Below are positions 29,569 to 34,941 of a DNA stretch of 34,941 bases, one piece after another (the stretch's first letter is position 1; each line of letters begins with the position of its first letter). The notes under the pieces were generated by a model that did not search any database, was not told where the DNA came from, and was given only the letters and a program-made list of their open reading frames with translations. The stretch is taken from IMG/VR virus record IMGVR_UViG_2681813316_000026; one strand, given 5' to 3'. A program made the translations under genes and the position numbers. Origin of the DNA: a virus. Its lineage: Duplodnaviria > Heunggongvirae > Uroviricota > Caudoviricetes.

Positions 29569-30243
29569 ATGAAAACAATCCATGACATCCGGCGGTCTAA
29601 CGCCAGAAAACTGAGAGATGGTGTTGGCGGGAATTCTTCCTTTGCCACTATGATTGATCGCGAGCCAACCCAGACCAGCAGGTTTATGGGAGATGGTGCT
29701 ACTAAAAATATCGGTGACAGCATGGCACGACACATCGAAAAATGTTTCGACCTGCCTGTCGGATGGCTCGATCAAGAACACCAGACAACGAACATCACAA
29801 AAAAACCTGATGTTTCAATCACTAATAAACAAATCACATTAGTCCCTGTCATATCATGGGTACAGGCCGGAGCATGGAAAGAAGTTGGATATTCTGAGGT
29901 TGATTTGAGCACAGCAGAAACGTATCCCTGCCCTGTACCCTGTGGGGAAATGACTTATATCTTGCGGGTGATAGGTGATTCAATGATTGATGAGTACCGC
30001 CCGGGAGACATGATTTTTGTCGATCCTGAAGTACCTGCCTGCCACGGTGACGACGTTATTGCATTGATGCACGATACAGGTGAAACCACCTTCAAAAGGT
30101 TGATAGAAGATGGGACACAGCGTTATCTCAAAGCGTTAAACCCAAACTGGCCTGAGCCTTACATTAAGATCAACGGTAATTGCTCTATAATTGGTACAGT
30201 GATTTTCTCAGGAAAACCAAGAAGATACAAAATCAAAGCCTAA
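29569..30243 (+). CDS. CI-type repressor (HTH domain plus S24 LexA-like autopeptidase domain)
   Basis: 224 aa. C-terminal domain with the GDSM serine motif and a downstream lysine. Divergent from the cro-like gene. Confidence 0.85.
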   Translation: MKTIHDIRRSNARKLRDGVGGNSSFATMIDREPTQTSRFMGDGATKNIGDSMARHIEKCFDLPVGWLDQEHQTTNITKKPDVSITNKQITLVPVISWVQAGAWKEVGYSEVDLSTAETYPCPVPCGEMTYILRVIGDSMIDEYRPGDMIFVDPEVPACHGDDVIALMHDTGETTFKRLIEDGTQRYLKALNPNWPEPYIKINGNCSIIGTVIFSGKPRRYKIKA

Positions 30244-30255
30244 TCAATGTTTATG

Positions 30256-30279
30256 AACCTGCTTCGGCAGGTTTTTTTA
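30256..30279 (+). terminator. Rho-independent terminator after cI
   Basis: AACCTGC-TTCG-GCAGGTT followed by TTTTTT, 13 nt after the cI stop. Confidence 0.6.
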
Positions 30280-30282
30280 TAC

Positions 30283-30316
30283 TTGACAATGTACCTTTGA
30301 GATACATAATGTACCC
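30283..30316 (+). promoter_or_regulatory. Leftward-operon promoter analogue (PL-like) with operator half-sites
   Basis: TTGACA at 30283-30288 and CATAAT at 30305-30310. Overlaps ATGTACC-N5-GATACAT and a further ATGTACC repeat related to the right-operator half-sites. Confidence 0.45.
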
Positions 30317-30436
30317 AAGCGAAACAACGAACAGGCAGGACGCCCACGAAGTAGCCGCCTGGGGCATATGAAGTCCAGGATGATTCGTTGAGTCATGTTG
30401 TGCCACTAGGCACTCATGTTAAAGCAGGTGTATGAA

Positions 30437-30712
30437 ATGAAAGTCCAGATTTTAAACAATAACTGTGAAGTCGTTTGGTCATACGACATAGCCGCCCCTG
30501 TAGATCAGAGCGGCGATAGCTGGACCAATGGGAAACATCAGATTATGGCTGGAGTTGTGTTCTCTTTACGCCGTGCTTTGGAACAGGCTGAAGTATTTCC
30601 ATCAGACCCTGAATGGAAATGGCCTTTTTCTATTTGTCCAAATTCGGAGAGCACATTTCAGAAAATTGGTCAGAAAGTCGCACTCGAAGAGCATCAGCCA
30701 ACTGTTTCCTGA
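30437..30712 (+). CDS. Hypothetical protein, first gene downstream of the PL-like promoter
   Basis: ATG at 30437 (MKVQILNNN) with a GGTG ribosome-binding site. AT-rich. 3' end overlaps a convergent ORF. Confidence 0.4.
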   Translation: MKVQILNNNCEVVWSYDIAAPVDQSGDSWTNGKHQIMAGVVFSLRRALEQAEVFPSDPEWKWPFSICPNSESTFQKIGQKVALEEHQPTVS

Positions 30713-30875
30713 TTTTTTCAGGTAACTCGTCGGCATCGCAGAAACAACAACGCTCGATCATGTTGAAAGCCGATTCGTAGAACTGTTTCTGCTGAGTGTC
30801 GCTGAGACAGGAAAAGAGCGACGTTACGATGATTTTATTAATTGCATTATCAAGTTCTTTTTCATCAAAAGTCAT
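30630..30875 (-). CDS. Hypothetical small acidic protein, convergent with the PL-like transcript
   Basis: 81-aa ORF with ATG at 30875 and an AAGGA ribosome-binding site. Contains a CCFC motif. Confidence 0.4.
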   Translation of the reverse strand: MTFDEKELDNAINKIIVTSLFSCLSDTQQKQFYESAFNMIERCCFCDADELPEKIRKQLADALRVRLSDQFSEMCSPNLDK

Positions 30876-31126
30876 TTGATTTTCCTTTTATGTATACGGG
30901 CTTAAAAGGATACCACCGAGCCTGAAGTGGTGAAAAGACAGGCACATAACAGCTAAGTATTTTCAACCAAAGAGAATCCTTAGCGTTGTGGTGAATGCGG
31001 CTCAGCGCACGCGGGTTAAGGTTGAGGCTGACAGTCGACCTTCTGTGGATACCCACCCGCCTGGTGTGCAACCTTCGCCAGGCACCGGGAGGCACCCGGC
31101 ACCACAACTTTATGCTGTGTGTAGTC

Positions 31127-31395
31127 ATTTCACTGTCAGCTTTTTCCCGTAATTGGGATTTTTTAACTTCAGCAATAGCTATTAATTCCTTTTTGGTCGG
31201 CTGAGGAATATCTATCAGTGCTGGTTTTCCATTCAGTGTTCCAATCTGTTTTCCTGGTGGAATATCCATAAATAACTTTTTATGTTCTTCCTCACTGACT
31301 ATTACACCATCATCAGGCCACAGACCTGATGCCTCAAATTTTTCTTTCTCCGATATGGGGAAAAAGCCATTTGCTTTAGCGCTCCATACGTACAT
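31127..31395 (-). pseudogene. Truncated tail fibre assembly gene (5' 269 bp only)
   Basis: Near-identical to 1220-1488. Homology stops at 31127; the track ORF 30865-31395 continues into unrelated sequence with a non-protein-like tail. Confidence 0.65.
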
Positions 31396-31396
31396 A

Positions 31397-31732
31397 TCAA
31401 TACCCCACCGCTATAATGTCCACATTAAATCCCCCGGGACCTGCCTGCCAGATGCTGGCCCCTGTTAATGATTTTGTTTGATGAACAACCGCCACATTTG
31501 CTGGCGATAGTGTTTCAGTTGTTACAGTACCGATATCATTCCAGTTAATTGAGATGGAATAGTTCGTTGTTGTAAACGACCGGGGGAAAGTTATGTGTCT
31601 TGCATTGGTGCCAACAGGAAATCCAAGATAAACACGCTGAATTATCATTCCTCCAGGTAACATAACCCAGTTAGCACCTTCTCCAAAACCAACGTTTATG
31701 AAAATGCAGAAATAACGAGCAAATGGCATCAT
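31397..31732 (-). CDS. Tail-fibre variable C-terminal segment, duplicate of 1490-1785, joined to the pin-proximal flank
   Basis: Residues after the GFGEG crossover junction are identical to the expressed fibre at 1490-1785. The first 13 codons derive from the pin flank. Confidence 0.6.
   Translation of the reverse strand: MMPFARYFCIFINVGFGEGANWVMLPGGMIIQRVYLGFPVGTNARHITFPRSFTTTNYSISINWNDIGTVTTETLSPANVAVVHQTKSLTGASIWQAGPGGFNVDIIAVGY
31679..31704. repeat. Recombinant (hybrid) crossover site
   Basis: TTCTCCAAAACCAACGTTTATGAAAA: left half identical to the site at 1772-1797, right half to the inverted site at 26-51, i.e. the product expected from invertase-mediated exchange. Confidence 0.6.
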
Positions 31733-31758
31733 TCCTGCTTTTGTCAGAGGGATCCACT

Positions 31759-32313
31759 ATGCTTATTGGCTATGTACGCGTATCAACAAATGACCAGAAC
31801 ACCGATCTACAACGTAATGCGTTGAACTGTGCAGGATGTGAGCTGATTTTTGAAGACAAGATAAGCGGTACAAAGTCCGACAGACCAGGACTGAAAAAGC
31901 TGCTCAGGACATTATCGGCAGGTGACACGCTGGTGGTCTGGAAACTGGACCGACTGGGACGCAGTATGCGGCATCTTGTCGTGCTGGTGGAGGAGTTGCG
32001 CGAACGAGGCATCAACTTTCGTAGTCTGACGGATTCAATTGATACCAGTACCCCAATGGGGCGCTTTTTCTTTCATGTGATGGGTGCCCTGGCTGAAATG
32101 GAGCGTGAACTGATTGTTGAACGAACAAAAGCTGGACTGGAAGCAGCTCGCGCACAGGGACGAATTGGTGGACGTCGCCCCAAACTTACACCAGAACAAT
32201 GGGAGCAGGCTGGACGATTAATTGCATCAGGCGTTCCTCGCCAGAAGGTGGCGATCATCTATGATGTTGGTATATCGACACTGTATAAGAAGTTTCCGGT
32301 CGGAGATAAATGA
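31759..32313 (+). CDS. pin: Serine DNA invertase of the Pin/Gin/Hin family
   Basis: Starts MLIGYVRVSTNDQNTDLQRNAL (catalytic serine in the YVRVS motif), with a C-terminal HTH. About 184 aa, GAGGGA ribosome-binding site, directly adjacent to the crossover site. Confidence 0.9.
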   Translation: MLIGYVRVSTNDQNTDLQRNALNCAGCELIFEDKISGTKSDRPGLKKLLRTLSAGDTLVVWKLDRLGRSMRHLVVLVEELRERGINFRSLTDSIDTSTPMGRFFFHVMGALAEMERELIVERTKAGLEAARAQGRIGGRRPKLTPEQWEQAGRLIASGVPRQKVAIIYDVGISTLYKKFPVGDK

Positions 32314-32373
32314 AACCGTAGCACGTCGTATGCAAGAAGATCGTGCTGCGGTTTATGCTTATCACTTAAAGAC

Positions 32374-33243
<870 letters not shown>

Positions 33244-33325
33244 CTAACCCTTTGAATTTACATAGCGCAAAAAGATACCTTTCCTCATAATGTGAGCTAA
33301 TTTTATGTTTCGTTTGATGATCGGG

Positions 33326-33387
33326 TCGGTCTCGAAAACCGGAGTAGGGGCAACTCTACCGGGGGTTCAAATCCCCCTCTCTCCGCC
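33326..33387 (+). other. 3' fragment (about 62 nt) of tRNA-Ser(CGA), putative attachment-site core
   Basis: Matches, from memory, the anticodon stem-loop (CTCGAAA, anticodon CGA), long variable arm, T-arm and acceptor 3' end (GGTTCAAATCC...CCGCCA) of E. coli serU. The 5' acceptor/D-arm is absent. Confidence 0.6.
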
Positions 33388-33961
33388 ACTTTATCAATGA
33401 CTTATCTCCCGACTTCCCGCCTTGCTTTTCCTAAACAGAACAATCGTAGAATATTCTTGAAGGGTTAGATCGTCACTGTTTTCTGTTCGATACTGTGACA
33501 TTCAGCACTTGATTCGCTATGGATCTGACAGGAAGATTTCGAGCGAAAATCTGCAGTTATTCAGTCGTTTTCTTATCGGTCACCATTATTCTTTTAGACA
33601 TTGATCCTACAAAGCTGCCGCAAAGTTGGTGGTGGGAACTGAAGTTGCGTAGAGAAGGGGTCAATACCCGGAGGCAAACATGGGCTGGCAAAAGTGTAGC
33701 GGTATTAGGCGCAGCTATTTAGCCTAGTTATGTTTTATGAAAACTTGATATCATATAAGTGTCTTACTTATTGGCTGTAAATAAGTTTTTCCTAAGGAAT
33801 TGTTTCTTGAATATCATTTGTAACTGTAACGGAATTTATAATCCTTTGCTTTATTGTTACGGTATTTTTTATCACACCCTATTTTTAGTGGTTTTTTATA
33901 CTGAAGTTTGGCAAAGTGAACTTTATATACATATACTTCATCCTGGTTTCAGTTAAATTGG

Positions 33962-34714
33962 GTGGATGATATGGCAACTACATGTTCAGTTATATTGATT
34001 TTGGAGTCCTTTGATGTTTATTTCGGAAAAGAGAGTGTGTTTCTGGAGAGAGGTTCATCTGTACTTGTCGACTCTAGCTCTAGAGATTTTTTCCTGACAT
34101 ATCCTGAAAGAGTGATAGTGGCGGATTTTGGCGCTGAGTTTATTAGTCGCTATTTGAAAGCTAATAACTTAAGGGATATTTCTGATTGTAGGGAATATCC
34201 ATCTTATTTAAAAATAAACTTTGCTGACTTCAGTTTAATTAAAGGATTAATTAGTTGGGCTAATCACTGTGCTGAATACATAGAAATTTTTGATGAGTCT
34301 ATTGCTTTTACATGTCTCTCTGCATTTTCTTCTGAAAAACAATTTGGAGTATTTCTGTTTGGATGTTTGAAAAGCACAGGGGCTAAAGTTAAAACGATTA
34401 TTCATACGGATTTATCTGCACCATGGCGTCTTAAGGATATATCATCAAGATTATATCTCAGCGAAAGTTTACTAAAGAGGAAATTGAAAGAAGAGGGGGT
34501 ATCATTCAGTAAGATCATACTTGATGAGAGGATGCAAATGGCTGAATATTTACTCAGCACTCGTTGTTATCCTATTAGTAAAGTAGCTAAGGTCTGTGGT
34601 TATGCCAGTGTCTCATACTTTACTTATGTATTTAGACGTTATTTTGGTGTTTCTCCAAGTCAATACTCTCAGAGGAGTTCAGAAAGTAAAATTCTTACTC
34701 ACCAGGGAATCTGA
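33962..34714 (+). CDS. AraC-family transcriptional regulator (AppY/GadX-like architecture)
   Basis: 250 aa with a C-terminal AraC-type HTH (ISKVAKVCGYASVSYFTYVFRRYFGVSPSQY). Strongly AT-rich gene and upstream region. Confidence 0.7.
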   Translation: MDDMATTCSVILILESFDVYFGKESVFLERGSSVLVDSSSRDFFLTYPERVIVADFGAEFISRYLKANNLRDISDCREYPSYLKINFADFSLIKGLISWANHCAEYIEIFDESIAFTCLSAFSSEKQFGVFLFGCLKSTGAKVKTIIHTDLSAPWRLKDISSRLYLSESLLKRKLKEEGVSFSKIILDERMQMAEYLLSTRCYPISKVAKVCGYASVSYFTYVFRRYFGVSPSQYSQRSSESKILTHQGI

Positions 34715-34755
34715 TCATTGTTCTTGCCCCCTTATTTCCAGACAGGGGGTGTATC

Positions 34756-34941
34756 TTAAGTTAACGTTACCCGCTGACGTCGATATTCTCGCAGAGAGCG
34801 ATAACCCAACGCACTGTGCGGATGGTTTTCATTGTAATGTTCGATCGCCACTGCAAGATTATGCAATGCCGTTCTTACATTCGGTTTCGGCATGAACGCG
34901 ATGTAGTCTTCCTTCATCGTTTTCACGAACCTTTCTGCCAT
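34756..34941 (-). mobile_element. IS-element transposase fragment (C-terminal end of a DDE integrase-core domain)
   Basis: 61-aa ORF ending ...[18 protein letters not shown], resembling the C-terminus of IS3-type transposases. The rest of the transposase is not in the window. Confidence 0.5.

Noticed and set aside
22429-30875. Search for a tyrosine integrase and excisionase between the immunity region and the attachment core, and through the nin region
   Set aside because: No ORF of integrase size with an R..H..R..Y catalytic signature was seen. The only recombinase recognised is the small serine invertase, which is not an integrase.
30900-31126. GC-rich structured segment considered as a retron msr/msd or tRNA-like RNA
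   Set aside because: No reverse transcriptase gene anywhere in the window and no cloverleaf could be drawn. Left as unexplained non-coding sequence.
30865-31395. Track ORF suggesting an intact 176-aa tail fibre assembly protein
   Set aside because: Only the first 88 codons match the tfa at 1060-1488. Beyond 31127 the reading frame runs through unrelated GC-rich sequence with a W/R/H-rich tail, so it is a truncated gene, not a second functional tfa.
31723-31758. Upstream in-frame ATG extending the invertase by 12 codons
   Set aside because: Pin/Gin/Hin proteins start at MLIGY/MATIGY, and a GAGGGA ribosome-binding site precedes the ATG at 31759. The upstream ATG lies in the crossover-site flank.
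33519-33722. 67-aa ORF in the AT-rich spacer after the tRNA fragment
   Set aside because: No ribosome-binding site, biased hydrophobic composition from AT-rich DNA, and sits in the probable promoter region of the AraC-family gene.

Overview
This window is almost entirely a temperate-phage (prophage) genome of the e14 / SfV / ST64B type, with lambdoid control and lysis genes, an HK97-like head and a Mu-like contractile tail, followed by a short AT-rich island. Late genes run on the minus strand. From the left: a complete Gin/Pin-type invertible tail-fibre cassette (1-2074) with both 26-bp crossover sites; Mu-like baseplate genes (2078-7081); an AT-rich secreted-protein moron (7137-7667); tape measure, frameshifted chaperone, tube and sheath (7759-11854); head-tail joining genes; HK97-family capsid, protease, portal, and terminase large and small subunits (14038-19554); an HNH endonuclease; a lysis cassette (20527-22338); a membrane-protein moron between the Q-like gene and the holin (22429-23025); a nin-like region with DUF968, KilA-N, RusA, a LexA-DNA-binding-domain-only protein and a Dam-like methyltransferase; a replication initiator with internal iterons; and a cro/operator/cI immunity switch (29278-30243). 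Right of cI there is no integrase. Instead there is a truncated second copy of the tail-fibre cassette carrying a recombinant crossover site, a Pin/Gin-family invertase (31759-32313), a convergent GIY-YIG nuclease-domain gene (32374-33147), and a 62-nt 3' fragment of tRNA-Ser(CGA) that looks like the attachment-site core (33326-33387). Beyond that lie an AraC-family regulator and an IS transposase fragment. The best candidates for an undescribed function are the GIY-YIG protein in the slot where e14 carries mcrA, and the three AT-rich morons. All calls rest on reading the sequence and on recalled family signatures; no database search was run.
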